Shown here one piece after another: positions 11,701 through 22,500 of a stretch of 64,000 bases of DNA. The position numbers and the translations under genes were made by a program. The first letter of the stretch is position 1, and every line of letters starts with the position of its first letter. Under the pieces are notes generated by a model. It ran no database searches. It worked only from the letters and a program-made list of their open reading frames with translations, and was not told the origin of the DNA. The stretch lies in NCBI GenBank assembly GCA_964234715.1, contig OZ174281.1. One strand, 5' to 3'. The DNA comes from Podarcis melisellensis. Its lineage: Eukaryota.

Positions 11701-14282
11701 TATCCTTTACATATATATATATAGTTAAGACCTTTCTTTGGATGGACTGAATTGGTACAGAGACAGCAAAAATGATATTACCGTATTTTTCACCCTATAG
11801 GACACACTTTTCCCCCTCCAAAAATGAAGGGGAAATGTGTGTGCGTCCTATGGGGCGAATGCAAGCTTTCGCTGAAGCCTGGGAGAGCGAGAGGGGTCAG
11901 TGTGTACCAACCCCTCTTGCTCTCCAGGCTTCAGGAAGCTATCCCCCCAGCCCGGCAAGCTCCGGGAGTGATGGCGAAGCTGCACACAACTTCACCATCA
12001 CTCTGGGACCCATTCTGGGGGCTGGGGTCGGGGGAAGCTCGGGCTTCCCCCATCCCCAGCCCCGCAAGCTCCGAGAGTGATGGCAAAGCTGTGCGCAACT
12101 TCGCCATCGCTCTCTGACTCTCCAGGCTTCGCGCAGCTCTCCACAAGCGGTGGGAGCCTGGCACTGGGCTCCCACGGCTTGCGGAGAGTTGCCTGCATGC
12201 CAAAGCCTGGGCGCTCTGAGCTCAGCACACCCAGACTTCAAGCTTTGCGCAGCTCTCCGCAAGCCGTGGAAGCTGCCTGTTCTGGCGGCTGGGGTCCGGG
12301 GAAGCTCGGGCTTCCCCCGCCCCAGCCCCGCGCCTGGAGGGGAAATAATTTTCCCCCTTTATTTCCCCCCCAAAAAAACTAGGTGCACCTTATGGGCCGG
12401 TGCATCCTATGGGGTGAAAAATATGGTATCTGGTGAAAGAAATTACTAAAGAGTTGCCCGTGATACACGCTGGGCAGCAGCATTTTCCCACTGTTTCCTA
12501 ATACCTTATGAGATCCCCCCCTTCTTTTGCTAATTTCTGCCAAATGGTTGAGCACCTGGCACGTACCATTTTATTTTAGTAAAATTGTGAAAGTGGTTGG
12601 GATTTTCCCCTGGAGCTGCACTGAGCCTCTGGGGGTGCTGCACAACTATGGGGAAGACCCCCTCCCTGCTTTCCAGTTCCAAAGGAAGGCTAGAGATGGT
12701 GCTCAAAATTCCTCTGCAACACACTGCCTGGCTTTACGTTCCCTCTGCAATCCTATATACATTTATGGAGGAGGAAGCCCCAATGAATACAAGGTAATTC
12801 TGTCCCTGAAGGAGAGGGACAGAATCTTAGTGACCACATATTTTGGGCTGGTTACTAAAGTCAACCACAGTTTGTGGTTCCCTCTGGATCTCATTGCTGT
12901 AAGGATTACAGAAAGATAATCGAGAGCCCTGCTCAAGGACTTCCGCTTGTGCAACAGGGATTCCCTCTCCCCACCCCACCCCAACAACTGGCTCTGAGGG
13001 GTCAGAAGAGCTCCAAGAACAGTGCATGGGTGGGGGGAGGAGAGGGGAGATCATTCCATCAGGCAAGCTGCAGTATAACAATGAAATCTACCTTTTTTCT
13101 TATTGTTTTCATTTAGCATGCTTTACAATGTTGGAAGCCTATGCTATGATTATGTATTGAATTTGTATATCAAGGCCACTGCATCAGGTTTATTAGAATG
13201 TGCACACAGGTTCAATATTTGGCCTAGGACATATAAATATTAGTACCTTGGATAAAACTGAAGTGCAGGAAGAATGGTGGCCTGGATGCATCCTTAAGTC
13301 TAATCTCTTTTGTGTTCTTTCTTGAGGCTGAGGATGAGGACGGCTCTTGCCTGTGGGAATGTCAGGTCCGCTATGTGACTTTTATTGGGATTGGGAAAGA
13401 CGCCCACACCTTCGCACTCATTACTGACATGGGCCAACAACGTTTCCAGTGCACAGCTTTTTGGTGTGAGCCAGATGCCGGCACCATCTCAGAAGCGGTG
13501 CAGGCCGCATGCATGGTAAATGCCAAGACACTTAAGCTGGGCTTGCTCAGTAGTTCATGTCCTTTTATTTATTGACTACATTTACATCCCACCTTTTTTC
13601 CACCAAAGGATCCCAGGCGCCATACGTAAGGTTCCCTTCCAAACACTGGCCACGCACTGTTGAGCTTCTGCAAGGGGGCTGCACCCTTTGCAAGGCCTCT
13701 TAACCAACACTGCCCACTTTGAGCTTCAGAGTGGACCAATCTCACCCCACCTCCACCCCATCAGTTAGAAACCCTAGTGTTTGATCTCTGCCCTCAGCAG
13801 TTTCAAAGCATCTGAAGCTGGGATCCTGCATGAAAGGTTCTCATATGTTCATTGTAAGCACTGATGATGCTGTTGGAGCTCTCTCTCTCCCCCCTTCCCC
13901 ACTTATAAATGTGGTGCTCCGAGCTTTATAAGCCTATATCACAGACTGAAAGAATTTATGTCAGGAAATAACTAGATTCAGCAACCACCAGGTTTTGGTA
14001 AGCTCTGCCCTTTGTAAATCCACAATGATTTGCTTTTTTTTTTGGTAGGTCCAGTATCAAAAGTGCTTAGTGGCTTCTACATCGCGAATGAGACCAAAGA
14101 GTGGCTCACGCTCCATCCTGAAGATGAAAAGGACAGTGTCAGTCGACTCGCCAGTCTGTTCCTTTCCTGTCACAGGGCACTCCCTGCAGAAAAATGGCAA
14201 CGCGGCCACTACACGCAAGAGGGGTTTATTCTCATTCTTCGAAGCATTTCGCCAAAAACATTCCATACTACACACCCCTTAG
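2941..14282 (+). CDS. APBB3: Amyloid-beta precursor protein-binding family B member 3 (Fe65L2), WW + 2 PTB domains; 5'-partial, multi-exon
   Basis: Exons with AG/GT boundaries and continuous frame: 2941-3119 (WW domain [29 protein letters not shown]), 4304-4380, 4914-4974, 7558-7704 ([33 protein letters not shown]), 8412-8539, 8941-8946, 9028-9142 ([19 protein letters not shown]), 9697-9784, 10102-10185, 10422-10537, 13327-13515, 14049-14282 ([22 protein letters not shown]). The human-type first coding exon (MLGKDY...) was not found in the window. Confidence 0.96.
6891..7322 (-). mobile_element. BovB (RTE clade) LINE, 5'-truncated 3' end
   Basis: Minus-strand peptide [23 protein letters not shown]...[11 protein letters not shown]...[17 protein letters not shown] typical of the BovB ORF C-terminus; (CAA)n tail; TSD CTTTGTGACAT at 6880-6890 and 7323-7333. 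Confidence 0.92.
8692..8756. repeat. (CT)n microsatellite
   Basis: About 25 perfect TC units plus a degenerate extension, in the APBB3 intron before the microexon. Confidence 0.97.
8941..8946 (+). CDS. APBB3: APBB3 6-nt microexon (adds DR in PTB1: GR-DR-DFAF)
   Basis: cccaag|GGACAG|gtaagg; restores the GRDRDFAF sequence of human APBB3; same position as the 6-nt ER microexon of APBB1. Confidence 0.88.
11781..12426. mobile_element. Non-autonomous Tc1/mariner-superfamily element (Tc2-like TIRs) with internal palindromic repeats
   Basis: TIRs CCGTATTTTTCACCCTATAGGAC ... ATCCTATGGGGTGAAAAATATGG, flanked by TA on both sides (11779-11780, 12427-12428). Confidence 0.85.
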
Positions 14283-14543
14283 CCCAAAATATATGGTGTG
14301 AGAAAGGGATGTGGGCCCCTCGTGATACTTAACAGTGGCCTTCCTTTGATATCCAGGTTCAGAATGTAAATAGCGTACTTTTGTCTGTTGACTCTTTCAT
14401 TGAATCTAAGAGCCAACAGATCCAAGCAAATCTGGCCGCTGAGAGAGGTCTGTGGCTGATCCTAGACATGTTATGCATAGTTTTGCTAGTCCTTTGCCAT
14501 GTAGATGCTATGAGAAGGAGGCAATGTTGTTTTCAGGGGGAAG

Positions 14544-14549
14544 AATAAA
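14544..14549 (+). terminator. Candidate APBB3 polyadenylation signal AATAAA
   Basis: First AATAAA seen after the APBB3 stop codon (~260 nt downstream). Confidence 0.45.
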
Positions 14550-16553
14550 CAAAGCTGCACCTGAATGTTCCGACAATGTTCCCTGGCATGTGGAGTAGGC
14601 AGCACCCAGCGCATCACACAGGCTTAAAACGTTGCTCCTGTTTGCTCAGGGTGGGTTATGGAACAGGGCAGAGCAGGCATGCCAGCTTGAAGCAGTAGCT
14701 CCACTTGGTTTTTGCAGTAAAAGCTGTGAGTATCGCTACTCTTCCTTCCCCAGCTTGTAGCATGAATGCTTGGCGTACGAAACCTGACTGCAACCCTAGG
14801 CAGGCCATGGAACAGCCACTCGTGTTAATTTGCGGCAGCAAATAGATGCTTGTGAGCCTCTGGATTTATCAAATGTCAGTACAGATACACATTTCCCTTG
14901 AAAAGTGACAAATAGTCTCTTCTTTTTGAACTGGCACACTGAGATATAAGGACTCTCTCAATCCTCCTCCCTCCCTAAATCTGCTCCCTAACAGTTTAGG
15001 GGGCACACAGGGGGAGGAGGGGGGGTCCACGTTTTATTGTGCAATTGGATGTTCTTCACACAGTGCTATGTTACACTGTTCCATCGATGCCACCACACTA
15101 TTATCTCTTCACAGTGTAGCCTGCAACAGGCCTGTGTTTCTTTGGCAACGTCTGGGCTAATCCTTTAACTTCTGTACATGCTGTAGCAACTATTCTTTTG
15201 AAACAAGCCAGTGACCATAATGAAGCCTAGAATAATCAAAGGGTGCACTTAGTTCCAGTGCTCACTAGCAAAATGTCTGGTATGTGAGTGAGAGAGTCAT
15301 CAGCACTCATTACTGTCCTAATAACACCAGCATGCCTAGTCAGGCACTTGGATTGGGAACAATGAATTGACCAGGCCATCACTGTAGGACCCAATGCTGG
15401 CTAGCAACTCTGACAGACAAAAGTGATTCACACTTGTAAGATGCAGGTAAGGAGAATATAAAGCTGCCTGTGGATTCTCTCCCCCCCCCCCATTTTTTTA
15501 AAAAAAGAAAGAGCCTATAAATATTGAGAGCTTATTGCACCAACATTGGCAAAAGTGACTGCTGAGTCTCATTTGATCTGTGTCCAGAAATGGGGAGTGA
15601 GGCTGGTGCGATGAAAGGGTAAATCTCCAAACACGTTCCTTTCTTTTCTGTTTGGGAGATAAGGTAACCCATCAACTTTATCTTATTTATAACTAGCCCC
15701 AGATTAAGATAGACTCAAGTCTACCTCAGTGATACTTTATATCTGATCATTTGTGCAAATAAACTACTAATATGGAAGAAATCTAGAGTTGTTTTATCTT
15801 TGGTCTCTGTTTCCAGGTAATTTTATTGGGGCTAGAATGAGCTGCTGATCTGGGTGGGAAATGAATGACTTCCCTTTGGTGTCACTGTCCAGTGCCAACT
15901 CTATGGCCATGCTCACTTCAAGGCTAAATTGGAAGTGGAAAATGCCAAGTTCTGAATGAGGAGCTGAGTCCTTTTCTATGATATAAGTAGGCAGAAAGGG
16001 GGATAGGCAGCAAGTAAGCCTAGACTGAATAGCTCCTGCCTCCTGTGGTTTGTTACCTACCATGAATGGCAGCCGAGAAGTGGAGTAAATGGAAGGAGTG
16101 AATGGATATTAGCAGGAACAGTGTGAGGTCTGCCATCTGTACAGCTGCTCATTTTCAAATGTGCCTTGGTCCAAAGAGTAGGGATATCTGCAGAGATTAG
16201 TCCTTTAGGAGAAAAACTACCAAAGGCCTATTAAAGCCCAAAGATAAATGCCTCCATACAGAGGGAACGTCTATGAAAGGGATCAAGGCCCAATGAAAAC
16301 AACCTATGAGAAATTCAGGATTGTACCTTTGCGGTACGCTTAAGGACAGGAATCTTGTGATTGAACTCAAACACTGAAAATATAGTAATTCGTGCTGGAT
16401 TAATTTTAGACAAAGCTGTTAAAATGACTTAACCCAAAGGGCTTATGGAAATACTGGGCCTTGGGCTGTGCACTTTTATGAAACGAAAAGGCAAAGATGC
16501 AACAGACCATTAGCTGTGCAGACATTGGCATGCAATAAAACAAAAACTCTGTA

Positions 16554-16800
16554 CAGTCATACGTTTGCTTCAGGTTGAATCTTTTCAGGCTGCGTCCTGC
16601 GGCGACCCAGAAGCAATGGAATGGGTTACTTCCAGGTTTTGCCGCTCGCGCATGCGCAGACGCTCAGAATGATGTCACACACATGCACAGACACGACGAA
16701 TCGTGACCCGCGCATGCGCAGATGCACAGACTGGGTTGCATTCTGTTCATGATGCGAACGGGGCTCTGGAATGGATCCCGTCCACATTCACAGCAATGCA
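16554..16800. mobile_element. Degenerate Tigger/pogo-like MITE carrying GCGCATGCGC motifs
   Basis: Begins TA-CAGT; CpG-rich interior unlike the flanks; the right end is degraded. Confidence 0.55.
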
Positions 16801-17399
16801 TGTGCAATGCTGTGGGGGAACCGTAAGGAGAGCCTGCTGGATCAAGCCAGGGGCCCATCTAGCCCAGCAACCTATTCTCACAGTGGCCAACCAGATGCCT
16901 TGCGGGGAGCCCAAAAGACCTGAGCATAACCGCACTCTACTGTCCTGTGGTTTCAAGCAACTGGTATTCAGAAGCGTCACCGCCATCAATCATGGAGAAA
17001 GAACAGAGCTATCACCAGGGTTATTAGCCAAGTGGAGTATGTGTAGGAAATACAATACAATTTTTTGTTTTATTATATCATATAAACAGGCAGGCAAACA
17101 AATGTCATATAATCCACACAGTGACTGAGATGCAATGCCTATCTCTAGCTACAACACATAAGGAGGATTATGGTAAAGATAGCAAGGTCACTTAATATGG
17201 GAAATATCATAATGACAGCAGCATTGATTGACAACTAGCATGAAAAAAGAGTCACATGTCCTGCTGGTATGATTGCCAGGATGCTCCAAGATGAAGCTAA
17301 TAAAATGCAGAACTAGTCATGCGTGAGCTGCAGTGATTGCCAAAAAGGGCAAACCAAAGATGAAAACTTTTGCCATCTATATCCCTCTAGTTAGGTTAC

Positions 17400-17650
17400 G
17401 GCAATGTGTTATAAGGAGGCTGTCTTGGAAGATGGTTCAGAAACTCCAGCTGGTGCAACATTTTAAGCATATTACACTGATCCTGGCCCAACTACACTAG
17501 CTGCCAATTAGTTTCTGGGCCCAATTCAAGGTGCTGGCTTTGCCCTATAAAGTCTTAAATGGCTCAGGATCATACTACCTCAAGGCCTGCTTCCTCCCTA
17601 TGAACTGACCTGGACCCTGCAATCATAAGCGGAGGCCCTTCTTTGGCATA
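17400..17650 (+). mobile_element. L2/CR1-clade LINE fragment
   Basis: Resembles the other L2 copies in the window (aaactccagctggtgcaa, caattcaaggtgctgg, tataaagtcttaaatggctc). Confidence 0.6.
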
Positions 17651-18789
17651 CAGCTGATGAGGGCCAGCGCCAGGGCCAGTTCTGGGAAGCCGGCAAGCGG
17701 GACCAGAGCCCAAGAGCAACTCTCCCCTCCTGCGGTTTCCAGCAAGCATTTATGTTTTTAAACTGTTGCTATACCTGCATTGTCTCTGTTACACCTAATT
17801 GCAAATTCAAATGTATCCCTATTGTGTTTTATGACTTCCTTGATATTGTATGTGGCTGGAACTGGTCTGTGACCGAAATAATAAAAATTCCTCCTCCTCC
17901 ACGAACTGCTCTGATCCTGGCTTAAAGCTGCCCGAGTTGGTCTCCGCAGCCTCCGGAGGGAGTGAGTTCCGCAGTTCTGACCCAGCGCTGCCTGAAAAAG
18001 TCCTTTTGTAGCCTTATGAGGCTTTGCCCTCGGGTGGGAAAAATATTGTGCCTGGGAAAGGGAAGTGGGAGTCAACAGACACTCGAGGAATAGTTTCGGA
18101 GAAAAGGCTTTTATTTCTTCCATTCATGAACTGGTAGAAGGAGCAAGTGTGATAAGTCACAAAAAAAGCATGCACGAAATTCACAGTCATGTGCACAAGC
18201 ATATATACCCATTTCCAGTTCCCTCCTCCTTTCTCCTCCCTCAGGAGTCCCTCTGAACATGAACAGAAAGCTGTCTTGGGACTATTGGGACTCTTGGTGC
18301 CCTTCCCAGGAAAAGGGTTTCAGAGTGTTCAGATATGTTTCAATCTCTTGTTCTGGCCTGGTTCCCGGACAGAAAACAAGTTGCAATGTGGTTCTTTAGC
18401 AAGGCCAGAAGGCATGAGAAAGGCCTGAGAAACAATGGACTGTTCTCTACCTTTGTTACAGCAGAGCGGAATGTTTCTGATGCTTCGCTGCTGAGAAAAT
18501 GATTTTGAAAAGCTCTGAGAAGCTTTGAGCCTGCTTTGGTAAAAGGGTGACTTCGGGCCTAGGTGAGGTCACCTGTCCTCACCTTCCTTCACTTTCTTTT
18601 CTCTGCCCAGAGACATTTCTTGTCTTTCTTTTATACATTTATTATTGTTGTTGTTGTTAACATGGTTATTAAAAAGGTGCTGCTTTTCTGCACAGCAACG
18701 GCGGGAACCCACCGACTTGTTATTATTGTTTTAATTAAATGTGTATATACATTTTTATTTTTCTAAGTATTCCCTTTGAGTTACGCAGC

Positions 18790-19510
18790 AACCTTTCCCT
18801 CGGCGGCTCACCTTCTGAGCGTGCCCCCCTGGCTGGCACTGGGCCGCAGGAGAAGGGCGCGGGGCGGGCGAGGCCGGCCAACCCCACGCCCTCCCGGCCG
18901 GGCTCCCGGGCTCCGCCCGACACCTGCCAAGCGCCGCCCGGCCCCGACCCAGGGCCGCCTCCTCCGCGCATGCGGGCCTGGTGTCCTTCGCCCTTCCCTC
19001 CGGATCCGGCCCGCCACGTCACGCGCCGGGAAGGCCATGGCGGAGCTCTACGTGAAGCCGGGTGAGGGGGCGCCGGAGGGGCGAGGGGGCGGCGGAGGGG
19101 CGAGGGGGCGGCGGAGGGGCGGGCTGCCGGCGGAGGGGCGGCCTTGACGTCTCGCTTTCCTTTCCAGGGAACCGGGAGCGCGGCTGGAACGACCCGCCTC
19201 AGTTCTCGTACGGCCTGCAGCAGCTCCAGGCTTCCGGGGCGGCAGGAGGCGGCGGCGGCGGCGGCAAGCGGGGGATCCTGACGCGACGCCCGGCAGCGGC
19301 TCCCGGAGCAGCACCGCCGCCGCCGCCCCCTCCTCACGGGCCAGGTGAGGAGACGCGGAGATTGATTTTCCTTCTTTCTTTCCTCCCTCCCTTCTTATTG
19401 TTTTGTTAACAGGGAAAGCGTAGAAACCAAACCAAACTCGGGACTATAAAATCAAGGTTCCCACCCAAATCCGCTTCGCTGGCGGATTAGCCCTCTCCGT
19501 CGCGATACGT
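18790..19510. promoter_or_regulatory. CpG island / SRA1 promoter
   Basis: Very GC- and CpG-rich segment around the SRA1 ATG; GC box GGGGCGGG near 18861, NRF1-like GCGCATGCGG 18966-18975, CCACGTCA (CRE/UPRE-like) 19014-19021. Confidence 0.88.
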
Positions 19511-22500
19511 TCACTTATTCAGTCATCCATCTATTTGTTTCATGGAATTTGTAAACAAACCAGCAAACAGCCCCTGCAAGCGGCTCTCTGAATGTGACCC
19601 CTGCAGGAGCCTCTTGGACTGTCCATCTCTTCCTGTGCTGAGATGGGTCAAGATCCCCACGCCTGCCAGGAACGCAGAGNNNNNNNNNNNNNNNNNNNNN
19701 NNNNNNNNNNNNNNNNNNNNNNNNNNNNNNNNNNNNNNNNNNNNNNNNNNNNNNNNNNNNNNNNNNNNNNNNNNNNNNNNNNNNNNNNNNNNNNNNNNNN
19801 NNNNNNNNNNNNNNNNNNNNNNNNNNNNNNNNNNNNNNNNNNNNNNNNNNNNNNNNNNNNNNNNNNNNNNNNNNNNNNNNNNNNNNNNNNNNNNNNNNNN
19901 NNNNNNNNNNNNNNNNNNNNNNNNNNNNNNNNNNNNNNNNNNNNNNNNNNNNNNNNNNNNNNNNNNNNNNNNNNNNNNNNNNNNNNNNNNNNNNNNNNNN
20001 NNNNNNNNNNNNNNNNNNNNNNNNNNNNNNNNNNNNNNNNNNNNNNNNNNNNNNNNNNNNNNNNNNNNNNNNNNNNNNNNNNNNNNNNNNNNNNNNNNNN
20101 NNNNNNNNNNNNNNNNNNNNNNNNNNNNNNNNNNNNNNNNNNNNNNCACTCCAAGCCACAGGGCCTTCTGTAGAAGGAAGGGCTGCTGCTCAGAAGTCTT
20201 GCTTGCATTATTAGTTTTTAAAAAACAAAATTGTACCCATAAGAAACATGCAAAGAGCTGAAGCTATTACAAAGGGCAAAATACATAAAACAGAATGAAA
20301 TACATTAAACAGTTAGCTTTATTATTAAAACCAGACATTATGTGAGGATAAGCGCTTGCTCCCCTGAAGACCTCAACTTGTCACCCCCACAAACGTCTCC
20401 CTAAAATTGCCACTCTAAAGGCAAAGCTGGCTGTTTTTTATTTGTATTCTAATAAAATGTTATTCAAATACCCAGTCGATCTCCCAACTGTGAGATTTAA
20501 CTTGTTGAACAAAGCTGCTCTTAATTCTCATAGACTGGGCAGCCAGTAAGTCTTGAGGCAGATTTCCTCCATGTGGGCAAACTCTCTTCATAAGTGATCC
20601 AGCAATAGTGTCCTTCAACTATACTATGGCAGAACACATAGGCTGGAACTGCAGAGCTGTAAAGGCTTTTCTCTGTTTAATATTTGTGATGCTGGTTACA
20701 TAGTGAGGGCAAGGAGTCTAAATGGATAGTTTGGCATAGGTAAAGGTAAAGGGACCCCTGACCATCAGGTCCAGTTGTGGCCAACTCTGGGGTTGCGGGG
20801 CTCATCTCGCTTTATTGGCCGAGAGAGCCAGCGTACAGCTTCCGGGTCATGTGGCCAGCATGACTAAGCCGCTTCTGGCGAACCAGAGCAGCGCACGGAA
20901 ACGCTGTTTAACTTCCCGCCAGAGCGGTACCTATTTATCTACTTGCACTTTGACATGCTTTCGAACTGCTAGGTTGGCAGGAGCAGGGACCGAGCAACAG
21001 GAGCTCACCCTGTCGCGGGGATTCAAACTGCCGACCTTCTGATTGGCAAGTCCTAGGCTCTGTGGTTTAACCCACAGCGCCACCCGTGTCCCCAATTTGG
21101 CATACCAAGGGGCAAATTTGGACAGACAAGCAGAAGCGCAATCAGCACAAAAATCATGCTTTAAAATATGAGATTTCATGTGGCGAGATGTCCAAACTCA
21201 GAATGTCCAAAGGAAGGCCATGCTTATCAATAACTTGTAGCATTTCCTAATTCCAAGATGGGCTTGAAGATCATAACGTAAAACAGAAATAAAAGTCAGT
21301 TCCAGAGATTGACAGGCACACAGCAAGAGTCACACAGGAATTTTTCTTTATGAACATCACAAGTGTGACTATGGGTTCCCACAATGAAAAGTGCTGTGAG
21401 AGGCCTGTGAAAATTTCTCAGACGAGTCCAGTCTGCCTTCACAGTTCGCCAGAACTCATTAAAGTCTTTAATATGGTTTAGGGTTTGAAGCTGGGCCAGG
21501 ATATTTTGTAAAGTAGATGTGTTTGCATCTGCCTGTTAATGCTCAGTAGCCTTTGAGTCAGCTTTTTTTTTTTCATCAGCCATATTTTTTTCAGTGTTGG
21601 TTTCTGCCGCTTTTTTTCTTTCAGCAGCTCTCTTGTTGGTAGACATCTTAAGTTGTAAAGAGATAGTAGAAAGTTCATTTACCATTTGACATTAATCTTT
21701 TGGCAGCACAGAGCTGCTTTCCAAGTATTTAGTCGGAGCGATCAGAAGGACGTCCCTCACAGCTCCATTCCCAGACCGGAGGCCCCACCCCTTTCTTCTT
21801 GGAGAAAGTTGTGACCTGCTTAAGGATTACTGATGCAATTCCTGGACCCACCTCAGAATTGCACTCTTTCTGCTAGTGGTTTCCCATCAGATATATCTAT
21901 TTAAAAATATTCTGTGAAACTCTCAACATGAAAGTGCTTCATTCAGCCCAATTTTTAAAGGGATCAATAGATATTCTTCAGAAAAACTGGTCATCCTCTG
22001 AGAGCTATTTGGTTTTGATCAGGTGGTTGGGTTTTTGTGTGATGTGTGTTCTAAGGAAGTGTGTGCAGAAATTCTGAGGGTGGGAACTACATAGCTGAAT
22101 CAAATTTATTTATTTACTTACACAAATATTTGTATACTGCTATTCTTAAAAAGAAATGAAAGCTGTGTACAACAATTGTACATAAAAACATACAACAAAA
22201 AAATACAAAGTTGGAATCAGCTAACTATTGTGGAAAGCTGTCTTCTTAATTCCCTGCATAAGCCTGATGGAATAGAGAAGTTTTCATCAGATGCTTAAAA
22301 GTTGAAACAGAAGGTGTCTGCTGAACATCTGTTGACAGAGCGTTCCACAATACTGGGCAAATGACATAAAAGTCTTGGTTTCTATCTAAGGGGTGTAGCT
22401 TTGCTTTGCTTTGCTTGCCTGATTCTGAGACCCAGAATTCGATTTTCTCTATACACTGGTTGTATGCTTGATTGTGTCTTTCTCCTGACTTGTATTTTTA

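Noticed and set aside
18735-19337. 200-aa minus-strand ORF and other overlapping ORFs at the SRA1 5' end
   Set aside because: Stop-poor GC-rich CpG island sequence with low-complexity Arg/Pro/Gly translation and no recognisable family.
19515-20261. Long ORFs of 176-239 aa
   Set aside because: They are artefacts of the N gap (poly-X translations).
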